The notes: generated from the sequence alone by a model not told the origin. A DNA stretch of 63,988 nt, filler included, from Octopus bimaculoides (GCF_001194135.2; 5 parts of 5 records of this genome joined end to end with filler, not necessarily neighbours in it); one strand, 5' to 3'. Shown: positions 50,741 to 63,634, counted from the first letter of the whole stretch. Numbers and translations: made by a program.

Positions 50741-51009
50741 AGTTATGTGGGGGTGGAGTTTAGCCCCAGGTTAATACTGCTAGATAGACTTGCAATCAAA
50801 GTCATTCCTGCTGTGGCCATCCCATCATTTTTTATTTTCAGATATAGTGTATCTGAATATTAAAAAAATGATGGGATTGTCAAAACTTCCAATACATTAT
50901 CTAATATGTCTTCTTTTTAAGACAGTAGAATGTGATGTTTGAATTGGTGGTGGTAGTGTTAGTGTAGTTGTGCTGGTGGTGGCTGTGTTGGAGTTGGTGG
51001 TATTGGCAC

Positions 51010-52262
51010 AACTACTGCCAATACTACTACCACCAGCACAACCACCACCAACACAATCACTACCAACACCACAATCACCACCAGCACAACCATCACTACT
51101 ACAACCACCACCATCAACACAACCACCACCAGCACCACAACCAACACCACAACCACAACCATCACCAGCACCACAACCACCACCAACACCACAACTACCA
51201 CCAACACCACAACCACCACCAACACCACAACTACCACCAACACCACCAACACCAACACCACAGCCACCACCAACACCACAACCACCACCACCATAACAAC
51301 CACCACCCCATTTACACAAACAACAACAACTACACTAATCCTACTACAACCAATCCAAACATCACCACTAGCACTACCACCAACATAACCTCCACCAGCA
51401 CCACCAACACCATCAACAGCAGCAACACCACTACCAACATAGCCATCTCCAGCTTTGCCACCCCCACCAATACCACTGCCAAGCACCAACACTACAAGAT
51501 GTATTCTCAATTACATTACTAGCATCATTAAAGTATTGTGTCACATAACTTAATTATTGTTTAATTAGTTGGTTTTCAGTGACACAATTAGTTAAAGGTA
51601 AGTAGGAGCAGGCACACCTGGCTGCTACATTAATTTACTTTTTACACCTGGTTGATGGAAAGATGGAATTACAGTGACAGTGTGTATGGTTATAGTAACA
51701 GTAATTGTATGCACAATGAGTAGGACTGCTACCAAGGCACCCCTCTCTAACCTTCAAGGTTTTATCACGTAACCTAAAGAAATGTTTAACCCTTTTCATA
51801 CCAACCCGTTTGAGACAGCTCTGGGTTCTAAGTAGAATGTGATGTTTGAACACCACAATCACCACCAGCATAACCATCACTACTACAACCATTGCTATCA
51901 CCACAACTACCACCAACACCACAACTACCACCAACACCACAACTACCACCAACACCACAACTACCACAAACACCACAACTACCACCAACACCACAACTAC
52001 CACCAACACCACAACTACCACCAACACCACAACTACCACCAACACCACAACTACCACCAACACCACAACTANNNNNNNNNNNNNNNNNNNNNNNNNNNNN
52101 NNNNNNNNNNNNNNNNNNNNNNNNNNNNNNNNNNNNNTATCACCACAACTACCACCAACACCACAACTACCACCAACACCACAACTACCACCAACACCAC
52201 AACTACCACCAACACCACAACTACCGCCAACACCACAACTACCACCAACACCACAACTACCA
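51010..52262. repeat. Two ACC/AAC-rich minisatellite arrays (about 51010-51300 and 51850-52262), unit ACCACCAACACCACAACT (18 bp)
   Basis: Direct reading; homogeneous in the second array. Confidence 0.92.
51580..51597 (+). CDS. Candidate 18-nt microexon of the EVA-1-like gene (xTQLVK-G)
   Basis: ttggttttcag|TGACACAATTAGTTAAAG|gtaagt; phase 1-1, stop-free in the frame required by the next exon. Confidence 0.5.
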
Positions 52263-52371
52263 CATACTTTCTGTTTTAAAGTGATTGAAATAAAATCTTT
52301 CCACCAAAATTTCATATTTAGAAATAATTACATTTCTAAATCTCTCAGAGAGATTTATGCAGTAGTGATAC

Positions 52372-52700
52372 GATGAAGTAGTTGTATACTGTCAACTTAA
52401 AGTGACAGTCCCCTGAAGGGAATAATATTAATGTTGGTTAGACCTAGGAAGCTGCACTGCTTCCTGTCAGCCTTGACACATTTCCTGTGTCCTTATGTTG
52501 ACGAGCAAAGACTCAGAAACATGTCTCTGGATGCAGGCTTAGCTGGGTAGAGGTGCTTGTCTCCCCCTTGTAAACATAAGGACACAGGAAATGTGTCAAG
52601 GCTAACAGGAAGTGGTGCAGCTTCCTAGGTCTAACCAACAGTAGTATTATTCCCTTCAGGGGACTGTCACATTAAGTTGACAGTATACATCTACTTCATC
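52372..52700. repeat. 329-bp hairpin: ~130-bp near-perfect inverted arms, ~70-nt loop
   Basis: GATGAAGTAG.TGTATACTGTCAACTTAA...CCTTATGTT pairs with AACATAAGG...TTAAGTTGACAGTATACA.CTACTTCATC. Confidence 0.92.
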
Positions 52701-52734
52701 AAAATTTCATGTTGACATAAGTTCCAAATAGAAC

Positions 52735-53640
52735 CATGAGCTGGCAGAAGCATTAGCACACTGGGCAAAATGCTTAGTAGCATTTGATCCGTCTGTACGC
52801 TCTGAGTTCAAATTCCACTGAGGTCACCTTTGCCTTTAATTCCTTTTGGGAGTCGATAAAATAAGCACCAGTCGAGCACTGGGATTGATGTAACTGACTT
52901 ACCCACTTCCCTGAAATTGCTGGCCTTGTGCTTGAAAAGAATTTGAAACCAATACAAATTCCAAACAGGGCAATGAACTGGCAGAAATGTGAGCACGCCG
53001 GGCGAAATGCTTAGCAGTTTTACGTTCTGAGTTCAGTTTCCGCCGAGGTCAATTTTGCCTTTCATCTTTACGGGGGTTGATAAATGAAGTACCAGTTGCA
53101 TACTGGGGTCGATCTTATTGACTGGCCTTCTCCCCAGAAATTTCAGGCCTTGTGCCTAGAGTTGAAAAGAATCATTAGTATTCCAGACAAAATGCTGTGA
53201 AGCATTTTGTCTGTCTTTATGTTCTAAATTCAAATGCTACCAACGTTTACTTTGCCTTTCGTCCTTCTGGGGTTGATAAAATAAGTACCAGTTAAATACT
53301 GAGCNNNNNNNNNNNNNNNNNNNNNNNNNNNNNNNNNNNNNNNNNNNNNNNNNNNNNNNNNNNNNNNNNNNNNNNNNNNNNNNNNNNNNNNNNNNNNNNN
53401 NNNNNNNNNNNNNNNNNNNNNNNNNNNNNNNNNNNNNNNNNNNNNNNNNNNNNNNNNNNNNNNNNNNNNNNNNNNNNNNNNNNNNNNNNNNNNNNTTCTG
53501 AGTTCAAATTCTGCTGAGGTTGACTTTGCTTTTCATCCTTTCGGGACTGATAAAATAAGTACCAATTGAATGCTAGGATCAATGTAATCGACTTACCCCC
53601 TCCCTTGAACTTGCTGGCTTTATACCAAAATTTGAAATCA
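52735..53640 (+). mobile_element. Cluster of SINE family A copies (about 52735, 52975, 53180, 53496)
   Basis: Repeated GAGTTCAAAT...TTTCATCCTT...GATAAAATAAGTACCAG. Confidence 0.85.
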
Positions 53641-54737
53641 ATATAAGCTCCTAATACTAGTTAAATAACGACAAAGTTATTTCACTAAATTCTTCATCAT
53701 TTTCAAAATTAATTGAAACAAAAGCAGTTTATTTCAGCAGAGATATGTGATACACAGAATTGGCAAAGGATTAACTAAACTAAAGGCTGTATAGAATTGA
53801 TAGAGTGTCAGAACAAACACTTTACAATATTCCGTTTGTGTCAGTTTTTGTTCAAAGTTCAAATCTCATCAACATTGATTTTACCTTTCATTCTACCAAT
53901 AAGAATCTATAAACAAATCTGAAAGCACAGTCCAGGTATTGAAGTTGATATTATCAACTGTTCCTTTGCCAAAAATTCTGTGACATTGGATCAATATCAG
54001 AAATCAATAATAACCAAAGCGCTCATAAAAGTTAGTGATGTACTTAGAGAGGGTCGTTCTGCTAATAAAAACACTCACCAGTCATAATTCATTTCTTAAT
54101 TGTTAATTAGTACATTTATTGTTTATTGATTGCTTTGTTTAAGTCTATCATCACACAAATGAAGTGCTTTTAATGTATTCCTCTTTCTGCAACTCTGAGT
54201 TGTGGAAAGCGGAAGACGCAAAATTTGAAATCATTATATGTATGTGTGTATATATATATATATGTGTAATGGATGTTAATATGTGTGTGTATGTGTATAT
54301 GCACGTGGGAGTGTGTGTATGAGTATGTGTTTGTAGTGTATAATATGTATTTCAATGTTTTTCTAATGCGTTTTATTTTTCCTTTCATTCATTTCACTGG
54401 TTTCGTATAAGCCATATTTTTAACTACATTTTCTCATTATTGATATCCTTTAACCCCAGTCAGCCCAGATAAAAAACGTTCCAGCCACGACCATCCCATC
54501 CTTTTTTCATACATTATCCCCTGTGTCACTCTTTCTTGAAGACAAGTAGCATGAGATTTTGTAGGAAATTTGGCTGCTATTTCTAGCAGATCAAATGATT
54601 ACTTAAATACTCCTCATTCATCGGCTCATATTTCACATTTATTTTCCTTATAAAAGACATTATTTTTCATATAACCCATACACTGGATGTATGACATGTT
54701 CACTGCCCTGCATCGTCGAATGATTGAATCGTGATGA

Positions 54738-54899
54738 TACCTGGTTGATCCTGCCAGTAGTCATATGCTTGTCTCAAAGCTTAAGCCATGCAAGTGTAAG
54801 TTCATGCCATAAACGAATGGTGAAACCGCGAAATGCTCAGGAACCGGACCTAATCCTCGGGATCGTATTCCTCTTCGCAAGGAGAGTGGATAACTGTGG
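54738..54899 (+). pseudogene. 18S rRNA 5' fragment (about 160 nt)
   Basis: TACCTGGTTGATCCTGCCAGTAGTCATATGCTTGTCTCAAAG.TTAAGCCATGCA...GGTGAAACCGCGAA...TGGATAACTGTGG; similarity ends abruptly; no other rDNA. Confidence 0.93.
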
Positions 54900-55126
54900 A
54901 TAACACATTTACAAAACTTCATTTTAAATATGTGATGTCATTAGTCATACCACTTGTATGTGTAGAAGGTGATACGTTAAGTAGAACCCAAAATTCAAAA
55001 TAATTTGCTGGAAAACAAAATATTTTAGGAATTGTCTTTATTTTGGAAAATGATCTGAGACCATGTGTGAAAACTGAACTATACAATGGAAGAGTCATTA
55101 GTATGTCCATATATGGACATACATAA

Positions 55127-55290
55127 GGTGGTGAGCTGGCAGAATCGTTTGCATGCTGGGTAACATGCTGCGCAGCATTTCATCCATCTTCACATTCTGA
55201 GTTCAAATTCTGCCAAGGTCGATTTTACCTTTCATCTTTTTGGGGTTGATAAAATAAGTACCAGTTGAGTACTGCGGTTAATGTAATCTC
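55127..55290 (+). mobile_element. SINE family A
   Basis: GGTGGTGAGCTGGCAGAATCG head and core. Confidence 0.85.
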
Positions 55291-55930
55291 CCCCTCTCGT
55301 TCTGCTTCCTTCTGTTGTCCTTGCTTTTCCCCTTCACTGCTATACATATCTCTCTCTTACTCTTCCTCCCTGTCTCTCGTCGCACACCTTTGTTCCACTT
55401 CCTCCCTTTTCCTCTCTCTACCACTCCTCGTTGATCACATGTGACCTGTGGTCACCTCTTCCTTTCTCCCTTCGGCCAGCATAAAGGTAAGACGAAACTA
55501 CTGTCTCTCTCCTTTCAGCTTCGTCACATCACAGCGTTCAATATCTCATCGCGTTCAGCTTAACGGCCTTTTAATGTTGTGTTCACTGTTTAATTTTTCC
55601 TGTCTTGGTTTTTGTTTGCTACCTTGGAACCCTCCACTTAGCAGATTAATCCACTTGGCAGGAAGAGCTATTCTAAGAGCGCATTCTGCCTCATCTTCAA
55701 AACGCCTAGTTTAGAATAGAGGCAGCTGATGAAGGAAAAGTTCCATAAGTGGCTCGTCTGTTTTCCTATGTGTTCATTCTGTTGTCTGTAAAAAAAAGTC
55801 CATTTTTTGTGCTTTACTCATGTTCCCGTTCTTTTTTTGACGTCTTGTACTCGGATATGCATCTATATATACATGTAGATGTAGGTATGTACATATATGT
55901 ATGCATACATGCATATGCTCTTATATCATT

Positions 55931-55964
<34 letters not shown>

Positions 55965-55966
<2 letters not shown>

Positions 55967-56410
55967 GACGGGCTTCTTTCAGTTTCCATCTACCAAATCC
56001 CCTTACAATGCTTTGGTCAGCCTAGGGCTGCTACAGTAGAAGACACTTGGGCAGAGTTCCATGCAGTGGAACTGAACCCAGAACCATGAGGTTGGGAAGC
56101 AAGCTTCTTACCACACAGTCACACCTATATAACAATACATATATATATATATATATATATATACGACAGGCTTCNNNNNNNNNNTTCTTACCACACAGTC
56201 ACACCTATATAACAATACATATATATATATATATATATATATACGACAGGCTTCTTTCAGTTTCTGTCTACCAAATCCACTTGCAAGGCTTTGGTCAGTC
56301 CGAGGCTGTAGTAAAAGACATTTGCCCAAGGTGCCACGCAATGGGACTGAACCTAGAACTATGTGGTTGGGAAGCAAGCTTCTTACCACACAGCCATGCC
56401 TGTACCTATG
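55965..56410 (-). mobile_element. SINE family B 5' halves (two or more, partly duplicated across a gap)
   Basis: Reverse complement of GGCTGTGTGGTAAGAAGCTTGCTTCCCAACC...GAAAGAAGCCCGTCGTA. Confidence 0.8.
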
Positions 56411-56689
56411 CAGAGAAAACTGCAGTTAGCAGAGGCCAGTGGTATCAACTTGCTGCCCAATGTGCACAAGAGCAACAGCAGGAACTGATGCTGATGCTGG
56501 GTATACAAGAAGAGGATCTGGCCAGTCACAGAAAAGGGTGGGGCCAAGGGGGTCAGAGTGATGTCTTCCTTTTCCTCCTCCTCTTCTATTCCTCTTTCTT
56601 TCCCTTCCAACTTTCTCTTTCCTCACTCATTCTTCCATCTACTTCTCCTGCTTTTCTCCACTTTCTCTCTTCATCTTTGTTCTTTGATC

Positions 56690-56922
56690 CAACCCCCAAC
56701 ACCCCCACCACCACCACCACCACCACCACTGCCTTTGGGTACGCAACTTCTCCTTCTCAACATCATCAACAATTTCATTGCAATCCTCGTCCCTCTCAGC
56801 GCCTCTCCTCCTCTCCCCTTCCTCCTCTTCTCCACCTCCACCGCTTGCTAAACAGCATCATCGTCATCATCATCATCAGTCATTGTCATTGCCCTCTTCA
56901 TCACTGCAACCACCACCATCAT

Positions 56923-56964
<42 letters not shown>

Positions 56965-57232
56965 TATATTCATCACCATCATCACCACCACTAACAACAC
57001 CGTTGTCATCATCATCATCATCACTACCACCACAACCACCATCATCATCAGCAGCAGCAGCAGCAACAGCAACATCTTCACCATCACAACTATCACTACC
57101 ATCAGAAACACCACTACCACTCCCACTATCGCCCCATCACTATCCACTCCGACCCACCACCACCACCATCGTCATCGTCATCATCATCGTCATCATTCTC
57201 ATCGCTGCCATCACCATCATCCTCATCATCTC
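56690..57232. repeat. (CAC)n/(CAT)n low-complexity tract
   Basis: Direct reading; explains poly-His/Met/Val ORFs. Confidence 0.9.
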
Positions 57233-57271
57233 AGCATTAATTCTGTTTCTTTCGTGTCCTCTATTCACCAG

Positions 57272-57460
57272 GTTCTCCAGAGAGAGGAGTAGGACGGAAG
57301 GGATCTGTGGCTGAATCGTCAAGTGTGGCCCCCTTGGAGACCCAGTCCAACGTTGACCCTAATGTACATTGCGTAAACACAACCCACTTTGTGAGTAAAG
57401 TGAAGAAGCAGCCTGCAAGCGTCCTCTCCGATTGGTTGGGTGTCTTCTATATAATACAAA
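57272..57460 (+). CDS. EVA1C: EVA-1/EVA1C-like protein, penultimate coding exon
   Basis: cctctattcaccag|GTTCTCC...ATAATACAAA|gtaatg; phase 1-1; ...KKQPASVLSDWLGVFYIIQ joins in frame to the next exon. Confidence 0.75.
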
Positions 57461-60152
57461 GTAATGATTGTGTTCTGTTGCTTTTGTTTATGTTTTATTT
57501 TTTTTTCCTGTTTCCCTCTCTGGTTTATGGAGATGTCACATAAGCCTATGAACCAACAGCAAGCTAATAATAATACGTTGTTAAAAATAACTGCCAAAGC
57601 AGATCTGTTTATTGTTTGAAAATGATCTTAATCTACATTACCATCATCATAATCATCATCATCATCTTCATCATTTTATGTCTGCTTTCCATGCTGGCAC
57701 GGGTTGGATGGGTTGTCAGCATATATTCAAGGCATACTTCTGAATACATGCTTGCACTCCATCTTTGGATACACTTCCTGACACCTACTACTTTGCCGAA
57801 TGTACTGTGTGCCTTTATCGTGGTACCTTGTGGTACCATGTGATACCACATGGTATCGTGTGGTAGCATGTGGTACTAACGCTAGAGATGTCTCATGCCC
57901 TTGACATGACTAAAGGCCCCTCACAACCTCGCAGTTTACAGAATGTATTGGGTACGGTTTCCTTGACACCAGCACTAGAGAGTACCCCTGTCCTCAGCAC
58001 CACTAAAAAGGACTTCACCACATCTCTGTACACCTCTCCTGCCTCTTTACAGAGTGAGAAGCATTAGTGATAGAGGCATGAATGATAGAGATAAGAGTGA
58101 TATGTGATAAGGGCTAGAGTAATAGGAGGATTCAGTATTCGGAGATGGGTAGGTATATTCAAGGCAACATGACTGAGATGGCAGAATATGACTGAGATGG
58201 CAGAATATGCTCGGGGGATAAGAGCAATGACAGAAGTCAAGGCTGCATGGAAGAGAATGTGCAAGAGTGTACTGGCAGTACCGGAGGGTGAGGAGAAGGT
58301 AGAGTGGAGAGGGCACATGTGAGCCAATGTAGTGACCTATTCAGAGATTACAAGGTGGAGCTGAGTGAAGGGGGTGGTGGTCGGGAAAATGCCCTGTACT
58401 TGGGAACTGCACAGAGGAGTGGTGAGGGGGAGTGGGAGGCGGAAGAGGGGGAGGGGAAGGGAAAGGGGGAGGAGGGGGTGAAGGGNNNNNNNNNNNNNNN
58501 NNNNNNNNNNNNNNNNNNNNNNNNNNNNNNNNNNNNNNNNNNNNNNNNNNNNNNNNNNNNNNNNNNNNNNNNNNNNNNNNNNNNNNNNNNNNNNNNNNNN
58601 NNNNNNNNNNNNNNNNNNNNNNNNNNNNNNNNNNNNNNNNNNNNNNNNNNNNNNNNNNNNNNNNNNNNNNNNNNNNNNNNNNNNNNNNNNNNNNNNNNNN
58701 NNNNNNNNNNNNNNNNNNNNNNNNNNNNNNNNNNNNNNNNNNNNNNNNNNNNNNNNNNNNNNNNNNNNNNNNNNNNNNNNNNNNNNNNNNNNNNNNNNNN
58801 NNNNNNNNNNNNNNNNNNNNNNNNNNNNNNNNNNNNNNNNNNNNNNNNNNNNNNNNNNNNNNNNNNNNNNNNNNNNNNNNNNNNNNNNNNNNNNNNNNNN
58901 NNNNNNNNNNNNNNNNNNNNNNNNNNNNNNNNNNNNNNNNNNNNNNNNNNNNNNNNNNNNNNNNNNNNNNNNNNNNNNNNNNNNNNNNNNNNNNNNNNNN
59001 NNNNNNNNNNNNNNNNNNNNNNNNNNNNNNNNNNNNNNNNNNNNNNNNNNNNNNNNNNNNNNNNNNNNNNNNNNNNNNNNNNNNNNNNNNNNNNNNGGAG
59101 GAGGAGGAGGAGGAGGAGGAGGAGGAATGATAAAGAGGTCCACTGCCATCTTCAGTCATACTGAAAGCTTCGCACAGTGGAAAGCCAGAAGAGGTGGGAG
59201 TCATTGAGTGATGAGCCATAAGAATGGATGAAAGAATGCAATGTGTGACAGACAGAGGATATCCATCCACTGCTTCCCTCAGTCACACAGACAACACAAT
59301 ACAATGAGATTGAGGAAGGAGTCATTGATAAATGAGTAATAAGCGTATGGGTGTGGAGAAGCCATAAGAGATAAAGACAAGGGTGAAAGAGATGGTTGTA
59401 TTGTCAGGAGACAGACAGAGAATAGGGATTTGTGATGCAAGGAATTGGAAATAGAGGGACAAGTAACAAGGTTTTGAAACAAATGATATAAGTGGTAGAG
59501 GGTTAAGAAGCTATTAGCGGGGTCACTGATGTAGACTTGCTTGTAAGCAGGCATATATATGCATACATGCTTAGCAATATATGTATGTATAAAGGTGGTG
59601 AGCAGGCAGAACTTTTAGCACACCAGCTACATGCTTAGCAGCATTTCACCCATCTTTACTGTTGTAAAGTGGGTTCCTTCCACTGGTGTAATGTGTGACT
59701 GCCATTGTACTGTAGTTGCTGTTTATGCTAGTAGCCACAATAGTTACTCATCATCGAATACCATTGTATCTCTTCATACCAGAATAGCAATACACTAACT
59801 TCTGTCTTACTATCGCCGATAGCTCCACATAGTACCGACTAGAACTATTGACTCTCAACCCTTTCTTGAAGACTGGCTGCTGGTCTATTTATAATGGCTG
59901 GTTCCTACTACTTTTTACTGGGAGAAGTATACAGGTTTACTATACAACATTTACATTCCAGTAAGCCCTGTTGAGCCCTGTAGTCAATGTAATCAACTTA
60001 CCCTCCACCCTGAACTTGTTGGAATTGTGCCAAAATTTAAAACAAACATATGCATGTATATGTACAGGCAAGCATTTCCATAACATATTATGTCTGAATT
60101 TATTTATATTAATATACATGTATTTTTCTTTCTTTTTTTCATATTTCACCAG

Positions 60153-60454
60153 AAAACAAAGAGAAGGCTCTACTTTATTTCCTTTTGGGCATTTCCCTTG
60201 GAACAATATGCATACTGCTTATCGTTGTTGTGAAGCTGATCTTCGTTAATAAGAGAAAATTGCAGGCAAAGTTGGACCTGACAGAACCAACCCATAGCCA
60301 AAATGCAACACCCAACAACCATGTACCAAAACATTCGTCTCCCACTGCGTTACGGCGAGCAACTTCCGATGAATTTGTAGACTTTATGGGGTACAGTCCC
60401 CGGTCAGGAACACTAAGAACAGAAAGTGGCAACAGAAGTTTAAATTATTTCTGA
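60153..60454 (+). CDS. EVA1C: EVA-1/EVA1C-like protein, terminal coding exon (TM helix + cytoplasmic tail)
   Basis: ttttttcatatttcaccag|AAAAC...TGA; (K)NKEKALLYFLLGISLGTICILLIVVVKLIF.NKRK...NRSLNYF*, matching the recalled EVA1/FAM176 motif LSxxxAxYxxIxxNPExxxLYF. Confidence 0.8.
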
Positions 60455-60463
60455 AATATACAC

Positions 60464-60514
<51 letters not shown>

Positions 60515-61673
60515 GGGAAACAAAATATCTGCAAAATATCGGCCAAATACAAAAAACAAAAAAGATCCATTTATGAATCCTTTGTCTGTCTTGTGCATCA
60601 CATGCGATACACTGGACATATTTCTCCAGTGTCCATACATCACATATGATAAATATTCCCAATTTTTCTTGACCATAAGAGTACCTTGGGACTTATGAAA
60701 GGAAAGCTTTATATAACTCAGATCATGATACAAGGGCTAACTATAAGTCTGGAAACAAGCATGGACATTTAGGATAAACTTATGACAATGCTTTGGATAG
60801 GTAAATGGTTAATTCTGTTACATTTCTCCAAAATAGTCTCAAAATATTTCTCTTATTCAGAGGAATGATTGCCAGGTGACACCAAAAACACCACCAACAA
60901 CAACAACAACAACAACAAAGATAAATGGATTTTTCATGATTGGTGCCTCATTAACGAAGTAGATGAGAAATCTTGAAAAAAAAAGGGAGATGGGAACTTA
61001 TTTATTTATTAAAATGTCACTAATGCACTTAAGAAAGGTATGAATGCCTGACAATCTCATTTCCTTAACATTATAAAACCTGAAAACATTGTAACTATGT
61101 AATGAAACAATATCTAAAAATTCATAAATTTATCTCTGATAATAAATAAAGTAAATGAAATATAGACATGTATATCAAGACATGAGTTTTGGATATTTGA
61201 TATTATCCAAATATCATGACTGAGAGCCAAACAGCAAACATTATATATAGACATACATATACATACATAATATAAGTATGTATATATACATATATATATA
61301 CACACACACACACACATACACATGTGCTATATCTGAGATTCAAATATCTCAAAATTCAAATTCAAATATTTTATGTTTGAGATTATATTATGTCACACAA
61401 GGTATCAATATCTACACATCGAAGATTCCAAATATCTAATATTGAAAATATATACACAACTCTTATAAAATAACAACCAATATCATGCATGCATGACTGA
61501 AATATTAAATACTTGATATATCATTATCATGTACGTGCGTGTGTGTCTGTGTGTGTGTGTGTATATATATATANNNNNNNNNNNNNNNNNNNNNNNNNNN
61601 NNNNNNNNNNNNNNNNNTTAATTAATTAANNNNNNNNNNNNNNNNNNNNNNNNNNNNNNNNNNNNNNNNNNNN

Positions 61674-61717
<44 letters not shown>

Positions 61718-62254
61718 CTATGAGATTGAATGATTTCAGCCATAAAAAAACCTGCCTCAATGAATTTTTTCCGATCCATGCTACACAGAAATGAGATAAG
61801 AAATATCTTTTATGAACTTACCCTTTGTCAAGAAACATCTTTGCATATAAAACCCAAATAATAAATGTTCAATACAAATACAAGAATATATTTCGGAAGT
61901 TTCCATATTCTTCAGTTTTACCTAAAAGTAAAAGAAAAAAATGGAAAGAGAGATAATTTTTTCTCCAGGAAACACATGGGCTTTGAACAGGGGTCATTTT
62001 GTTCTGGATCCAGTAATTATACAGATGAGAAATACCTAACTTATTCTTCCACTCAGCAATTTTATCTCTACTTCAACTGAAATGTTCTTTCAAATATTGA
62101 TAGCTTTATAAATAGTCATACAACACCATGTTTAGAGGAGCTCAGCTGTTCAAATACAAGGTGCATTGCAGAACTTTTGAGACTTTTTCAGGAGAGACAT
62201 TTCTTAATTTTAAAGAAGTACAAAACTCTAATCTCCTTCAAAGCAGGGTCCTTG

Positions 62255-62460
62255 GACTTCAATGCGCTTCTTGTAGTGTTCCAGCTAATTAATGAAGGCC
62301 CCATGGAAGTGCTTTAAAGAGAAGATGTCCAGGACCCTTGTCACAGCCTCCTTTATCTTCTCAATGTCTTCAAAATCACTGTCCCTGAAGTTCTCATTCA
62401 GCTTGGGGGACAAGCAAAAGTCAGAGAGAGCAAGGTCTGGACTTTAGGGAGGGTGAGGGA
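62255..62460 (-). mobile_element. mariner C-terminal remnant
   Basis: SPDLALSDFCLSPKL...FEDIEKIKEAV...KKRIEVQGPCFEG. Confidence 0.72.
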
Positions 62461-63249
62461 CAGATTTGATGGCCATTTCTGTTAAGCAGTTGGTTACCAG
62501 GATGGTAAGAGAAATAAGAGAATTCAAATCTAAAGAAATGTAGAGTATGTAAATAATATTAGGGTAAAAATGAAAATATATAAAACTTATAAAAAAGATA
62601 CCAATAAAATAAAATTTAAAAATTATTTGAACATACACATCAATTACAGGAGGATAACGATAAGACATATTAAGTGTTAAATGTAAGGTAAATGATTAAG
62701 AATTATTTAAAATATATAAAGAAGTGTATTTTAGATATAGATTTTTAAAAAGTTAAAATTGTAAAAAATATAAGGTAAATAAAAATATAAAGTATACAAT
62801 GAGATATATAAATATATAAAAAGATAAAAATATATAAAAATTATAAAGAAGTAAAAATATATAAAAATTATAAAAAAGTTTATTAGTAAAAATTAAAATA
62901 AATAAAAATAACAAAAATTAATAAGAATAAAACTAAAAACAAAAATAAAATAAAAGATAAAAGAACTTGAATGTTATACGTTGTACTTAGGGGAGAACAA
63001 AACCTGATGTTATTAATAATAACAACTGCTAAATAAAGGTTTAGTAAAAAATAAATATAATTTTATGTGCAAAAAAAACAAATGCAGTAATAACAGAAAA
63101 TGAAAATATAATCTAATATCAACTATATATAAAAGAAACCAATCTTGGAAAGAGGTAGATACATATTATAATAATCTCTAGGGTGGTTAAATCATTCTGA
63201 ATGTCCTTTATTTTGAAGTTCATAAATTCATCTGATGAAAATGGTTTCT

Positions 63250-63510
63250 TTACAATGATGTGATATCTTCATTAATCAATTAAAGGAGTCATTAGAAATA
63301 GCCATAATGGTTTCATACCTGTACTTCTATAATCACTCATTTATATTTCATTCATCTGTCTCAGAATCTGCCCTTTGTAAATATTATGGACCGTATATTT
63401 AATATAATTTACATGTCTGAATAGCTCAAGAGGGGATTTCTTCCCTCAGCTATGTCTAATTGCCTACATACACTGCAAGAATATCATTCGGCCAGTACTT
63501 ATGTATCAAG
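63250..63510 (-). mobile_element. Possible decayed Penelope GIY-YIG remnant
   Basis: Weak: VNYIKY...NIYKGQILRQMNE..SDYRS resembles IYIGQT.R.L..R..EH. Confidence 0.25.
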
Positions 63511-63602
63511 TTTGGTATTTACTTAATATTGTTGTGTTTGTACATAATTCCAACCTAACGAGGTACCTCAATTTAAGTACCTAATTCAACTGAATCTTAC
63601 TG

Positions 63603-63634
<32 letters not shown>

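Noticed and set aside
50897-52376. Thr-, His/Gln- or Pro-rich ORFs as a mucin-like exon, or the 18-bp units as a CRISPR array
   Set aside because: Open in several frames on both strands because of the repeat; the Thr-rich frame shifts; no convincing splice sites; no unique spacers or cas genes.
54731-54737. C-box (GTGATGA) immediately before the 18S fragment, suggesting a snoRNA
   Set aside because: No suitably placed D box or terminal stem; likely chance.
62520-63100. Very A/T-rich tract as a mitochondrial insertion
   Set aside because: No recognisable mitochondrial protein, rRNA or tRNA motif.
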